Positions 23,073 to 38,545 of a stretch of DNA of 64,000 bases are shown piece by piece (position 1 is the first letter of the stretch; the number at the start of each line of letters is the position of its first letter). Location of the stretch: the NCBI RefSeq assembly GCF_963506605.1, contig NC_083277.1, positions 5,704,001-5,768,000 on the forward strand. The letters are read 5' to 3'. Under the pieces are notes generated by a model. The model did not search any database and was not told where the DNA came from. It saw only the letters and a list, made by a program, of their open reading frames with translations. Position numbers and translations under genes: made by a program. The DNA comes from Zootoca vivipara (taxonomy: Eukaryota).

Positions 23073-25561
23073 GCTAAAGAACATTCCAAGACCCCTGTTG
23101 AATCAAAGCAAAGGCCCACATAGTCCAGGAGTCTGTGCTCACGGTTGCCAGCCAGATGCCCACAGGATCCCATGTCTCTGATACAGCCATCAAGGAATTG
23201 GCTTTGAGTTCATTGCCTTGATTTCCCATTTTTTTCTGGCCAGGGAAGTCTCTTCTTCAGATTGGGCGAGGGTTGAACTTGCATTTTTGATGGGGTTGTG
23301 TTTGCAACTGCATGGCACGGAAACAAAAAAGGCTGAAGAAGTCTGTTGTGTGCTGGTTGCGATTTATTGCATTGGGGGAAGAGTCCTAGGCTGCTTACCT
23401 GCATATCTTTCCAAGCAGTGTAAAGGACAGAATGTACAGAGTGGCAGGGATCTGAACCTCCTCTCTGTCCCTACTGACTCACAGAAAGAATCGTAGGAGC
23501 CAGCTGAATTGGGAACTGAGCCTACACAGGAGGGGTGTGTGCGGGAGGGGGGAGGTCCTCAAGCAATGTGCACTGGTTATCCTGCAGCACAATTATTTCT
23601 GGGTTCTGCTTGTGGAAGAGAGAGGAAAGAGTCATGAGGGGTAAGGGACCTCCGGCCCAGCCAGCCTCTGTGAATCTTATTCTGCCCCCTGTGTAGGAAT
23701 GCTCCCAAGGGCCTCCTTTTCCCCATAAGACAGGTGTGGGGACGCCTTGCTCCCTCCCAGAAGTTGCTGGATCACAACATCCTCTCTGTCGACTGTCCAA
23801 GTTTGCTGGAGCTGATGGGACTTATTTCAGCAGCATTTGGAGAGACAAAGGTTCCCAATTCCAGCCTTAATAACTTTCAATGCTAAAAACCCCCCGAAAA
23901 GACCCAAAAACTCTTTCTCCTGTTTCTCTACATCAGTGTTTCTCAACCCGGGGTGGGGGGGGAGAGGATATTCCAAGGGGGCCGTAGGTGAAAGTTACAT
24001 AAGGGGGGCACAGCATGAGGCTAGGGGGCAACAGAGTAAAGTGAGAATAAAGGGGGGGAATCTAAAAATCCTGATTAACTATCTCCTTGGCCAATCACAA
24101 GCAGGTAAGGGGCAGCCCACCAGAGGGCGGCCTAGCGCTGCTGCTGCTTTTTTTCCTTTGTGCATTTTCTTGGAGCAGTCCCAGTTTGTTTCTACCTGGA
24201 GAGGACAATCCCTGAGGCTCCAGTTTTGATTACTGCTTGTAACTGTCCTAGTGCATCAGCCTGGCTCTGCAAGACACAGGAGAGAGGGAGAATCCACCCC
24301 AGTGCCTAGCTGAGTGGATTCGTCTGGTGCTACTGACTTGCATCTAGTAAATAGCTAATTGTCTGCTCAGAAGCATTTAAATTTCTGGTTGTTTTGTTTT
24401 TGCTCTCTGGGTGTGGGATAAACGTTTAGTTAGCTCTGGGGACTAGTTTAATTTCAGAATAATTGTAAATAGTTGTTTTAGTTTCTCCTGCGTTTTTTTT
24501 ATTCATTGTATTGTTTGTAAGTAAGCTCCACTGAGTTCAATGGGATCTACTTTCAGGTCACTACTGTGCGTCCCATGCCAGCCTTAAGAAAGGATAGAGG
24601 AAGCAGGCAGATTTGTTTGGAATCCCAAAACATTTTTTAAAAACTCTTGGTGACTGTTGCAGAGGGGATGCCCCATTTGAGCTTCTCCAGGGGCAGGAGA
24701 ATATCTAGGGTAGGAGAATCCCTGCAGGGCCTCTGAGGCTCCCTTTGCTTCTTCCTCCCTCCCAGAGCCTGCAGTGTCTGAACTCCGCAGGAAGGATGAA
24801 AGAGGCTGATCCTACAAACCTAGCGAGGATGGAAGGAGGAAGATGGACGGTTGACCTGGTCAGGCTGTCCCCCACAACCTTTGGATGTTCCCTCCCAGGA
24901 CCCTCAGAGAGATCTGGTGAGTTCCAGGGAATGGAGATGGGGACCTGGGGAGATGTTGGGGGTGAGCAAGCTCCCCTGGCAAGAAAACGAGGAAGGTTGC
25001 AGGGCAAGAGTTATGGGCTGTGAGAGATAAACGGTAGAAAAGGAAAGGAATGTTTTTCCATGGTGGCATGGGCGCAGGATTTTTGTTAGGGGGGCAGAAC
25101 TGGTGTGATTGGTAAGTTAAGTATTTCTAATGTTTTACTTGATCTGGGGGTGTGGCCCCTCACCCTCCTTGGCTACGCCCATGAATGCTGGCTGGTGTGA
25201 AGAAAATTCTTTTTCAGTAAGTTCCATTGTTTAACGTTGTGTTGGGTCCTGAATCAAGTCAGCAGTGAGAGACTTGTGGGTCGTGGCAGCAGTCCCTCTC
25301 TAGCCCACGAAACCAATTTCCTCAAACCGTGTCCTGCTGCCCTACATATGTGGCCTCAGGGGTGTGACGGGTGAGGCTGTTCCTTGGCACCTGAGACAAG
25401 ATGAGGACCACTTGCTTTTTAAAATACTCCCATATATACACAACTCTCGGTGTGCCTTTTGCAGACCCTCCCAAGTGTCCTTATTTTCCAGGGACAGTCC
25501 CAGATTTACAAAAGTCGTCCCAGTTTTCTGATTTGATCCCGGAATGTCCTGCTTTTTCTTA

Positions 25562-25985
25562 AAAGGTAAAGGTACCCCTGACCGTTAGGTCCAGTCGCGG
25601 ACGACTCTGGGGTTGCGTGCTCATCTCGCTCTATAGGCCGAGGGAGCCGGCGTTTGTCCACAGACAGCTTCCGGGTCATGTGGCCAGCAAGAGTAAGCCA
25701 GGGAAATGCTGTTTACCTTCCTGCCGGAGTGGTACCTATTTATCTACTTGCACTAATGTGCTTTCGAACTGCCGGAGTGGTACCTATTTATCTACTTGCA
25801 CTAATGTGCTTTCGGAGTGGTACCTATTTATCTACTTGCACTAATGTGCTTTCGAACTGCTAGGTGGGCAGGAGCAGGGACCAAGCAACGGGAGCTCACC
25901 CTGTCACGGGGATTTGAACCATCGACCTTCCGATTGGCAAGCCCTAGGCTCTGTGCTTTAGACCACAGTGCCACCCGCTACCCTT
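25562..25985 (-). mobile_element. Sauria SINE with internal ~40-50 bp triplication
   Basis: GGAGTGGTACCTATTTATCTACTTGCACTAATGTGCTTTC occurs three times at 25726-25853, once in the paralog at 14820. Confidence 0.85.
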
Positions 25986-26530
25986 CCGCTTTTCCTTAGG
26001 ATGTCCCTATTTTCGCCAGAGAAATGTTGGAGAGTATGGAGTTTTCCGACCCCTGAGCCATCTGAAGGCAGACATTTTTAGGAAGGTTTTTTTATGTTTA
26101 ATTTTTTTATTCTGTTTTTATATATGTTGTGAGCTGCCCAGAGTGGCTGGGGCAACCGAGTCAGATGGCCAGTAAAATTGTTGTTTAGTCGTTTAGTCGT
26201 GTCCGACTCTTCGTGACCCCATGGACCAGAGCATGGGAATAGAATGCCCCTATTTTCATTGGAGAAATGCTAGAAGGTATGCTTTTGGACTGTTGTCTGT
26301 AGGTTTCCCCCTGTGAACAAATGTAGGTCAATAAGTGTTGTTGACTTATAAGTGTTCTAGACTCTCCTTAAGCAGAGGTTGGATGACCATCTGTCATGGA
26401 TGCTTTAGCTGAGTTTCCTACATTGCAGGGGTTGGACTAGATGACCAATTGGCTCCCTTCTAGGTCTATGATTCTTATGTTTATCTGCTTCAACAATATT
26501 TCATTATGCTCCTATCATTTTATGTATCTA

Positions 26531-28494
26531 CTAGCTGGCCCTGCCACACGTTGCTGTGGCTTTGTGTGTGAAATTAGGAAGAAAGGAAGAAGGTAGTTAA
26601 TGTTCTCAAGTCTGGTATTTCTTTCTGTATGTTGTTGGTGCGTCAGTGATGGCGTAGTCGGTGTTGTTGTGGTTTTGGTTTTCTCTGTATAGGACGGCGT
26701 TGTTGGTGTTATTGGTTCGGGTCAAGTGCCTTTCACGTAGTCGTTGTGCGAAGGGGGAGGATCTTTTCGTTGGTACTTGAGCAGGAGTTTCCGTGGTCGT
26801 AGTTAAAACGTGGAAAGATTAAAAAAATACGAAGAAATTTTACAAATTATTGTAATATAATTAGGGGGGTGTTAGATATTTAGTATAGTGGTGAAGTTGG
26901 AATGGTTAGAAGTTATGGAGGGTGGGTGTTGTTGGAGAGCCCGGTAACATTGGAGGTGGTCAGGGGTCAGAAGGTGGGAGTTGTGGGGGAGTGATTGGTG
27001 TAATTGGGTGGAGTGTAAAGTTATGAAGGGGGTGTAACATTTATGGGAACATGGAGGCAGTTAGGGGTTCCAAGGTTGGAGTTTTGTGGGGGTGGGTGGG
27101 TAATAGTGTAAGTTGGTATGGGAGGAAGTTATAGAGGGTGGGTGGTGTTGGAGAGTCAGGGTAACATGGAGGTGGTCAGGGGTCAGGAGGTGGGAGTTGT
27201 GTGTGGGGGTGATTGGTGTAATTGGGTGGAGTGTGAAGTTATAAAGGGGGTGTAACATTTATGGGAACATGGAGGCGGTTAGGGGTTCCAAGGTTGGAGT
27301 TTTGTGGGGGTGGATGGGTGGGTAATCGTGTAAGTTGGTATGGGAGGACGTTATAGAGGGTGGGTGGTGTTGGAGAATAAGGGGAACATGGAGGTGGTCA
27401 TGGGTCCAGTGTTGGGAGTTCTGTGTGGGGTGTGACTGTATGCAGTCCTGGTCCAACATTTTGCGTCTTACCTGTGTACTCCTTCTTGGAAGGTTCTTGA
27501 GGGTGGGTTGGGGGGATGTTGGGGGGGTAGTGGTTGAGGCGGCATGGCAGGAAGTTCTTGAGGGTGGCTTGAAATCTGCACAGTGTAAAGTATGTTGGAT
27601 CTTACCTGGACACTGCTCCGTGGAATGGAAGGGATGTAGAGGTCTGAGGTACGCATTGAGGTTGTGGAGTCTGTTGGTTGGGCAGTCTCTGGGATCCGGC
27701 CTGTCTCCCTGGGTGGGCTGGATCTGGGTTCTGGCATGTGTCCCGGGGCGGGTTGTTCCTTGCCGGAGGGGCTATCTGCGGGGCGGGCACAGCCTTGGAG
27801 GGCGAGGGATGGGGAGCGGCCAATTCTCAAGACGGCCTGCTCCCTGGTGGCTGCTCTTTGCCGGCAGCGTGAACTGCGGGGCTGTAGCGGCCTTGGACAG
27901 CGAGGGATAGGGAGGGATGGCTTCTTATTGAGGCAGCCCTGCTCTCTGGCGGCGGCGGGATCTGCGGGGCGACCGCGAACTGTGGAGCGGCCTTATCTGT
28001 GGACGCTCCAGGTCTCCTGGAGCAGGAAGGGATGGGGAGCTGCCTGTTATCAAGGTGGCCTGCTCCCTGGCAGCGGTGCAGTCAGCAGGGCAGCCGCAGA
28101 CTGTGGAACGGCCTTGTCCATGGATGCGAAGCGATGGGGAGCAGCCTGCTCTCTGGTGCGCGATCTCCGGGGCGGGCGCTGGTCCCTGGGGAGCGGTTTG
28201 CTCTCAGGGCAGCCTGCTCCCTGGTGGAGGCATGGTCTCCGGGGTGAGAGGGATAGTGGGAGTATGTTTGTCCTTTGTTTGTTGGATGTCCACTGGAGGG
28301 CGCAATTTTTTTTTTACATGAATCCATGTTTCTACCTATGCTAGGTGTGTCATCCGGTCAATGTAAGTGGATAGACACACTCCCACATGCGGATCCAATG
28401 TTGTGGGCAAATTTGAGGGTGATCGGGTATGCGGTTTTGGAGAAAGGTGTGGAATAACAAACACGGACCTCCTACATTTTTATAGAGAGAGAGA
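26531..28494 (-). mobile_element. Non-autonomous Helitron (duplicate of 16185-17947)
   Basis: Same termini and insertion site; longer GC-rich interior. Confidence 0.8.
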
Positions 28495-28784
28495 TAAATT
28501 ATAAAAATAAAACATGTTCTATTTACAAACAAAACATTTAAATAGCTACCTTTCTACCGGTAGGATGGGATGGGGGGCCACAGGAATGAAACAAGGTCAA
28601 AAGGGGGCCACGGCCTGGAAAAGGTTGAAACTCTTTTCTGCATCATGTTTCTGAATTTAAGAGAGGTTAGGGCAAGGTGGCACTTAAATTAGGAAGATTT
28701 TCTGTAGATGATGCAAAATGAAAAATAGAGATGCAAGCAGCTTCAAGTCAGCATTAAAAGTCCTGTGTGGGTGAGGCCTTATAG

Positions 28785-29933
<1,149 letters not shown>

Positions 29934-29936
29934 TAA

Positions 29937-30167
<231 letters not shown>

Positions 30168-30534
30168 TGAGTGTTAAGAGTTTGCTTCTTTATCTTTGTT
30201 TTTAATTTTGCTTACCTCCCTCTTTTTAATCAAAGCTTTTGCTTGTTCTTAGGACTGTTGAGCCTAGTTTGCCTGCTAATGTCCACCGTTGAGTAACAGT
30301 GGCTTGTATTAGATTTCCTTGGTTTATGGGCTTCTCCTTGCATCATGGCATTCTGAACGAAGGAGGGCGAAGGGTGGGCTTGCATTAGATGAGGAGGGGC
30401 TGTTGTGTGGTTGATGCAAAATAAAATATAGAGAGACAAGCATCCAGTGTGGATGAGTTCTTATAGTCAGGAACATACAAAGCATTTCTCCACAGCCTTT
30501 ACCAGCTTTCTTTTTCTATTCAACAACAACAATT

Positions 30535-31115
30535 TTATTATTTGTACCCTGCCCATCTAACAGGGTTGCCCCAGCCACTATGGGCAGCTCCCAATACAGT
30601 GGTACCTCGGTTTAAGTACACAATTGGTTCCGGAAATCTGTACTTAACCTGAAGAGTACTTACCTTGATGCGAACTTTCCCATTGAAAGTAATGGAAAGT
30701 GGATTAATCCGTTCCAGACGGGTCCGCGGAGTACTCAACCTGAAGCGTACTTAACCCGAAGTATGAGTGTGATTGGTTCTGGAAGTCCGTACTTAACCTG
30801 AAGCGAACTTTCCTATTGAAAGTAATGGAATGTGGATTAATCCATTTCAGACAGGTCTGCGGTGTAATTAAACTGAAAGTACTCAAACCAAAGCGTACTT
30901 AAACCGAGGTATGACTGTATAATAAAACATCTCCCATTAAAAAGCTTCCCCATATAGGGCAGCCTTCTAAAGGTCATCAAGGTTACTCATCTCCTTGACA
31001 TCTGATGGGAGGGCATTCCACAGGGTGGGTGCTACTACCGGCAAGGCCCTCTGCCTGGTTCCCTGTAACTTCTCACATTGCGGGAACCACCAGAAGGCCC
31101 TCTGTGCTGGACCTG
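30535..31115 (-). mobile_element. L2 3' end interrupted by a Tc1/mariner MITE (30597-30917)
   Basis: Reverse-complement match to 40716-41099; MITE CAGTGGTACCTCGG...CCGAGGTATGACTG with TA TSD. Confidence 0.75.
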
Positions 31116-32512
31116 ATGTTGCTCCAACCCTTGTTGATTTAACAGAGTACTTTGCTAATAATGAACAAAACTACCAATTGCTTGTCCTCATGGGGCTGTG
31201 TGCGTCCAGGACAGTCAGTCCCTTGGGCTTGAAGCTTTGGGGGGCTTTGGATCATAACATAATGTTAACAAATAATAATAAACAACTTGAACCAGATCCT
31301 ACTTTTGTAGCATGCATGCACAGACACATAATTATAGTGTGTGTGTGTGTGTGCGTGTGATTTTATTGTTTAATATCTTTGATTATTCCCAGGTGGGGTT
31401 CCTACTTCCCCATTTTAATTTTCCAGTATTTCTTCCTCGTCATTGTTCTTCCGCATCCTCATAGGATCTGACATTCATCCCTCAGGTCTTTCCAGAAGCT
31501 GAAAAACACAGCAACATTCTTTATAGTTGCTACGCTGCAGAATGTTCTTCTGAGTAGACTTAATTTACAAATGCACATTCTATTTCTTTTGGCACATAAA
31601 ACATGCTGTGCATTTAGCGTTCCGTACTTTGCCTAGCGTGCTCTGGTCCAGGGGGTCACGAAGAGTCGGACACGACTAAACAACAAAACTTTGCACTTAT
31701 GCATCTGTGTAATAATTTTGAGGGGGTTTTCCCTAAGGAAACTGGAGATTTTAAGGGCCTAAGCTGATTTTAGTTGTATTTTATCGTTCCTACACTGGTC
31801 ATGTAGATGTTGGTCAAACCAAACCCTGTAGAACTCCCTCCCATCATATGTCAAGCAGCTAAAGAACTACACAACATTTAGAAGACGTCTGAAGGCAGCC
31901 CTGTATTGGGAGGTGATGCTTCTATTATGCTTCTAAATGTGTCACAATTTAAAATGATGCATGGGATAGAAAAAGTGGACAGATTAACTCCAGAACTTGA
32001 GGAGATAAGATATTGGTTCTTCATACAGAACATGAACTACAGAATCTCCCACAGGAAACATGGTGGCTTTCAAAGAAGATGAGGCCCATTCATAGAGATA
32101 TGAGGCTCAAACTTTGCAACTCCTGCCCTAGAGAAGCCAGATTGGCTGCCGGCAGCTGAAGACCTTATGTCAACAAACTTCCTATTTTAACTCTCTTGGA
32201 GTTTAATCACTTCTTTATCTATTTTAGCAGTAAACTGCCTTGACTTCCATTCCTGGAAAAAGACAGGCCATAAGTCTAATATGAATACAAATGGTAATGA
32301 GGATGTCCATGGGTTCTGGCCAAGCTGTCTCTGCTTTAAATATGTGTCCCTTTTGGGGGGGGGGGTGTTTCTAGATGTCGCTTGCTGGAAATCAGCCTTT
32401 TTAAAGTCCAGGGTGCATCTCTCAACTCCACTCAGTTTTCCCCTGCCTCTGTCTCATGAAACCCAGGAGGACAAGATCACATTCTACCAGGAAATGGTCA
32501 CTTCCTCACTAA

Positions 32513-32880
32513 TAAGAATAAGAATAATAAATTTTATTTATACCCCGCCCTCCCCACCCAAGGCCAGGCAGCCCACCAGGGCGGCTAACACTGGATATAA
32601 AACAGCTAATTGAAATACAACATAAAAACAAGATTAAATAAACATTAAAATTAAAATGCTGCCTCATATGGAAGGAAAAGGGGGGAAAGCAAAATGGGGG
32701 AGGGGATCAGGTTGGCTCCAGGCCAAAAGCCAGGCTGAACAGCTCTGTCTTGCAGGCCCTGCGGAAAGAAATAAACTCCTGCAGGGCCCTGGTCTCAGGA
32801 GACGGAGCATTCCACCAGGTTGGAGCCAATGTTGAGAAGGCCCTGATTCTAGTTGAGGCTAATCTAATTTCCTAATCTAA
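32513..32880 (-). mobile_element. L2-like LINE 3' end
   Basis: AATAAG tail, TTTATACCCCGCCC and GCATTCCACCAGG motifs; inserted relative to the paralog near 1520. Confidence 0.6.
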
Positions 32881-33461
32881 GATCCCAGTACTTGTTTTTT
32901 TGGGGTGCTGGCAGGGGCGTTAATGGGATGTTTTTGTTTTGATTATATATTTTCTGTTTTTACATTGTGATTTTATATTGTGAGCTGCCCTGAGACCTGC
33001 TAATATAGGACGGTATACAAATTTAATATATAAATACTAATAAATACTACTACTACTACTACTACTAATAATAATAATAATAGTAGTATAAATAAAATAA
33101 TAACTTCGTGGATCAGTTCCTCCCTGTAGAACCCCTTGTTGCTTCTTTTTATGGTTATTAGCTATATCTTTAATAGCTCTTTCTATCTATATATCTTTAT
33201 TAGAGTATAATTTCTTTTTAACGATTATGTTAGTTGTCCTGTGTTATCCTGTTTTATTTCATGTTGGTGTTGACCTTTAAAGCCCTAAACGGCCTCGGTC
33301 CAGTATACCTGAAGGAGCGTCTCCATCTATATTTTTAATACTTCTTTATACCCATACATATTTTAACTCTTGGAGCTTAATCACTTCTTTAAGGTTTTGC
33401 TTTCTATGTTTTTGGCTTTTTGTTTTATCGGTAAGCTGCCTTGACTTCCAGTCCTGGAAAA

Positions 33462-33554
33462 AAAATAAAAAAATTCCTTCAGTAGCACCTTAAAGACCAA
33501 CTAAGTTTATATTTTGGCATGAGCTTTCGTGTGCATGCACACTTCTTCAGATCA
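33462..33554 (-). mobile_element. Penelope pLTR fragment with hammerhead core
   Basis: Family match; flanked by duplicated CAGTCCTGGAAAAA. Confidence 0.8.
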
Positions 33555-33874
33555 GTCTTCAGTCCTGGAAAAAGTCAGGCTATAAGCATAATAATATTAA
33601 TATAAATGGTTATGAGGATGTTTATGGGTTCTGGCTGGCTCCAATTTAAAACGTGTCCTTTTAGGGGAGGGAGGGAGGGCATCGATGTCACTTGCCTCTC
33701 TGACTCCACTCAGCTTTCCCCTGCCCCTCTGTCTCATGAAACCTTAGGAAGACAGCATGACTTTTTACCGGGAAATGGTCACTTCTTCACAAAGATCCCA
33801 GTACTTGATTTTTTTTGTTTGGATGAGGGTTATTGGGTTGTTTTTTCTTTTGATTATCTGGCTCTCAATGATCA

Positions 33875-34330
33875 CTGGATCCTGCATGGGGCACCTGCTG
33901 GAGGAGAGGATCCTATACCCGGGGCCTGATCCTGCAGAGCTTTCCAGACAAAATCGGCGCGCCACTGCCCGTAGCAGCCAAGAGGGTTCTTGCCGCTCGG
34001 CTCCGCAAGAGTTAACTAGAGCCACAGAGCCGAAATTCCTAGAGTGGAAGGAGAGTCCGGCTCCAGAGGAGGAGCTTCCGCTTCCTGTCCCGGCCAGCCT
34101 TTCTTTTTTTCCTTCCTTCCTTGTCGGGGGCGCTGGGTTTGTGGAGGGACTCCCGGGGGATCTTCTCCGGTTGTTTCTCCGCAGGGAAGGCTGCCTTTCC
34201 TCCTGCCTCCTCCGGGTCAGATGCGGGAAGGGAAGAGCTGGGACTCCCATAGGGCAGAAGAGGAGCCTCCTCGGAGGAGGACGAAGGCCCGGCGGACCCC
34301 CCGCAGCTGAACCCGAAAGAGAGAGAGAGA
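33875..34330 (+). promoter_or_regulatory. Unit D promoter/first-exon module
   Basis: CpG-rich paralogous module with GCTTCCGCTTCCTGTCC. Confidence 0.65.
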
Positions 34331-35101
34331 GAAAGGTATTTTTAGTAGAGAGCGAAGGCCCTGCCCCCCTGCACTGAAAATATTTCATTTTAAAATAAAT
34401 TGCTGGTCTTTAATAATGTGTCCTGGACAGTAGCAGCTGTAGTTATTAAATGTTTTCAAAATATCTATAAACTCCTCAGAAAAGTGTTCCTCTGCACTGA
34501 AAGTATTTAACAGAAAAATGTCGGTCCCTCAGAATCTATCTTGTAATTATTTTATTTTCAAAATATCTAAACCCTTTATCAGGAAAGTATGCAAGTGGCA
34601 CACAGATGAAAATGAAGATAGAACACAGCTAAAATTCACAGAACCATGCAGAAACTAATATACATAAAGGCATCGGTTTTAAATAATAAATGCTGTCTCT
34701 CTCTCTCCCCCACCCTTCCTTCACTCCCCTCTCACTCTGTGAAAGGTGCTGGGCAGGTTTGCACATTACAGAACTTTGTGGCTCAAATCCACAACCTGAG
34801 ATTAAGAGTTTAATGCTCTACTGACTGAGTTATCTCAGCTGGCCATGAGATCCATTCTGTCCTTGCCTATTGTTTTTCTGAGTAGACAAACATACGTTTA
34901 AAAGTTAATTTTTAATATTAATATTTTGTGTTTCCATATGTATCATTTGCATATTCTTTTAGTTACTTTTCCACATTGCCTCGGTGTGTAATGTGCTGCT
35001 GATTTCTGTTTTATAATCTTTCACTTGGGCAAATCAGGAACTTTTTCATCAATGTTTTCACGAATTCTTTGACGACCTTCTTTCCTTTCACAGGCTGTGC
35101 A

Positions 35102-35176
35102 ATGGCATCAGACCAACATTTTAGATTCTCCTTACATTACTCAGGAGAGGAAGTTACCACCATGTGTCCAGCTAAG
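35102..35176 (+). CDS. Unit D first coding exon (MASDQHF...TMCPAK)
   Basis: cag acceptor at 35093, 75-nt phase-0 coding part, gtagga donor; conserved in E, F and G. Confidence 0.75.
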
Positions 35177-35683
35177 GTAGGAGAAAGATACTCAGGGAGA
35201 GATGTTGGGGATAGCTGGAGTGGGTCCGTATTTGTTACAGAGAACGTTTTTGCAGAGGCCCGACTCTTGTACCTGTGCTTCTGAGGCTTCTGCCTCTGAG
35301 GAAGTGGGTTGACTCGACTGAGTTTTCCTCATGAATCCTATCCCCACATTGACCAAGCAGATGCCTCTGGGAAATTTGCAACCAGGAGCTGAGTACAACA
35401 GCACTCTTCAGGTGATTCCCAGGAACAGGCAGTGAGGAGTATTCTGTCCAAAACAAGTGGAGTCATCATGGCTGGTAGTTGTAGCTTTATCTGACTTGAA
35501 TTTGCCTAATTCTCTTTTAATATGGTGACCATTACTGCATATTGCATTAGTGAATTCCTGAGTTTTAACATTGTGAAGAAGTGGTTCCTTTAGTTTGTCC
35601 TTAATCTGTGCACAATTAGCTTCATTGGACGGCCTTGAACGACAGTGTCATCCTAGAGGGAGAAACACTTCCCCCTCTCCTAT

Positions 35684-35684
<1 letters not shown>

Positions 35685-35721
<37 letters not shown>

Positions 35722-36033
35722 TTATTATTTATACCCCGCTCACCTGGCCGGGTTCCCCCAGCTGGGCGGCTTCCAACAAAATATTAAAATACAGAAATTC
35801 ATCAAACATTAAAAGCTTCCCTAAACGGGGCTGCCTTGAGATGCCTTCTAAAGGTCTGGTAATTGTTGTTCTCTTTGACCTCTGGTGGGAGGGCATTCCA
35901 CAGGGTGGCTGCCACTACCGAGAAGGCCCTCTGCCTGGTTCCCTGTAACTTGGCTTCTCGTAGCGAGGGAACCGCCAGAAGGCTCTCGGCGCTGGACCTC
36001 AGTGTCCGGGCAGAACGATGGGGGTGGAGACGT
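35685..36033 (-). mobile_element. L2 3' end with (AAT)n tail
   Basis: Reverse-complement match to 40716-41099. Confidence 0.8.
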
Positions 36034-36563
36034 CATACATACCTTTATACATCTATATCATATTTCCCCATAAGCGCCTTTGTTCCAGATTAGTAATTCC
36101 TCATATTTTTCAAACCCATTAATTATTTTGTTTGTTATTTTTCCAACATTTTCTGAATCTACAATATTATTTTTGAGGTCATGCAACTGGAACCATACCA
36201 TTTTCTAAGGGAAGTTGCACCATAGATTTGTATATCAGCACTATATCGGCAGCTTAGTTTTGAATCTCTTTACCAGTGGTCCCTAATTCGGCATTTCACT
36301 ACTTTCACACCCTGTGCCAATATCTTGACTGAGCTATCTGCTTTGATCCCAAATGTCACTTTCCTTCTCAGTCATCACCAATTCTAATCCCATTTGCAGA
36401 TGTGTTAAATTAGATTTTTTTTTTGCTTGAAGGTGCACTATTTAAATTTGGTAGATTCCATCAGCATTGGTTGATTTCTGAACACTTAAGATCTCCAGTT
36501 GCCCATTTTTTCACACCTTACCCTGGATGGATTATGAATAAGGGAATTGTTTTCCTTTTCCAG

Positions 36564-36690
36564 GGATCAATGAGCTTTGAGGAGGTGTCCTTGCATTTCA
36601 CTGACGATGAATAGTCCCTGCTGGATCCAGGCCAAAGAGCGCTGTACAAGGAAGTCATGATGGAGATTTATGAGATGGTGGCTTCTGTGG
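36564..36690 (+). pseudogene. Unit D KRAB-A exon with nonsense mutation
   Basis: [41 protein letters not shown]; TAG at 36612-36614 replaces the conserved Trp; 127 nt with intact splice sites. Confidence 0.9.
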
Positions 36691-36821
36691 GTAAGGATCC
36701 TTTCCCCCTTGAAGGTGTGAACTCCTGTTGGTCACTAGAGGGAGTGTTCTTAATTTCCCCTGTGGGAAAAGAACATCTGAAGAACCCTTTGGGTCAAAGA
36801 ATAGACACATTGGTTAAGAGT

Positions 36822-36974
36822 TAGATACAGGTAGGTAGCTGTGTTGGTCTGCCGTAGTCGATACAAAATAAAAAAAATCCTTCCTGTAGCACCTTAGAAA
36901 CCAACTAAGATTGGTATGAGCTTTCATGTGCATGCACACTTATTCAGATACATACCAGAAGGATTTTTTAAAAT
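36822..36974 (-). mobile_element. Penelope pLTR fragment
   Basis: Family match; TSD TTGGTTAAGAGT; hammerhead core is mutated. Confidence 0.8.
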
Positions 36975-37895
36975 TTGGTTAAGAGTGACTTCTCTTGATT
37001 CTCTTTTTTTCTGGCCAGTGATGGCGTGGCAGATATTAGGCATTATTATTCATTGCATTTTGCTGCTTTTTCATGAAAGGTCGACTCAAAAGCAAGTTAC
37101 CATAGGATGCAAAAATTAAGGCCACTATAATTCCGTAAGGTAAAGGCCCCAAGCCTGGCTGAAAAGAAATATTATTGCCTTGCTCCTAAAAGTAGCCAGT
37201 GATTGGCTCCTGGGGAGCCTCCCTAGGCAGAGCATTGCCTAGGTGGAAGCCACCACTCAAAGCCCCATGCCTGTGTTGGCACTCTTGGCACCTTGGTAGG
37301 AGAAGGGCACAGTGAGAAGGACCTCAGATGATGAATGCAGGGTGTGGGCTGATTCCTGAAGGAAGAGATTAAAAGGGAATTGAAGACAAAAACTAACTGG
37401 TAGTCAGTGCAATCTTGTTGTTTCCTTTCCTTAGCTTTTCTTTTTCCTCCCTGCTATATCAAGGGCTGACGTTTATGTTTATATTTACATTTGTACCTTG
37501 GTTGTCGAATTTAATTCATTCCGGGAGTACGTTCGACTCCAGGAACTGTTAGAAAACCAAGGCGCGGCTTCTGATTGGCTGCAGGTGCTTCTTGCACCCA
37601 ATCAGAAGCCACGCCGGACATTCGGCTTCCGAAAATTGTTTGAAAACTGGAACACTCACTTCTGGGTTTTCGATGTTCGAGAGCCGAAATGTTCGGCAAC
37701 TTTTCCAATGATTGCTCACCCCTTATTCTGCAGCACAATTATTTCTGGATTCTGCTTCTAAAACGGAAAGGAAAGAAGGGTGACAGGTGTGTGGACCCCT
37801 TGTCCCTTCCCAGGCATTGCTCAACCACAGTTCCCATCACCCTCTGGCAATGTTGCCAGGGTGATGGGAGCTGCAGTGTAACAGTATCCAGAGGA

Positions 37896-38545
37896 AACAA
37901 AATAAAAAAAATTCCTTCCAGCAGCACCTTAAAGACCAACTAAGTTTTTATTTTGGTATGAGCTTTCGTGGCATTCACACTTCTTCAGATACACTGAAAT
38001 AGAAGTCCCCAGACGCTTATATGTAGAGAAAGGGTGGGGAGGGGTATCACTCAGAGGGTGGTGGAAATGGGTGATTGACTGACTGATAGCTGTTGACGAC
38101 TGTAAACGACTGCAAATGGACTTGCATGAAAAAGCAAAGGGTGAGATAGCTGAGGATCGCTTTATCATGTATAATGAGATAAGAATCCAACGTCTCTGTT
38201 CAAACCAGGTCTCTCCATGGTTTTAAGCTTGGTGATAAGTTGCAGTTCAGTAACTTCTCTTTCCAGTCTATTTCTGAAATTCTTTTGTAGTAAGACAGCT
38301 ACTTTGAGATCTTGTATAGAATGTCCTGGGAGATTGACGTGTTCTCCTACTGGTTTCTCTGTCTTGTAATTCCTGATGTCAGATTTATGTCCATTTATCC
38401 TTTGGCGTAGAGTTTGGCCTGTTTGTCCTATATAGCGAGCTGAAGGGCACTGTTGGCATTTGATGGCATACACAATGTTAGAGGATGAGCAATTAAATAG
38501 TCCTGAGATGGTATGTTGGATGTTGTTGGGGCCAGTAATGGTGTT
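37896..38545 (-). mobile_element. Penelope retroelement fragment encoding a GIY-YIG endonuclease domain
   Basis: ORF 38165-38473: YAIKCQQCPSARYIGQTGQTLRQRINGH; pLTR with hammerhead core at 37956-37992. Confidence 0.9.
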
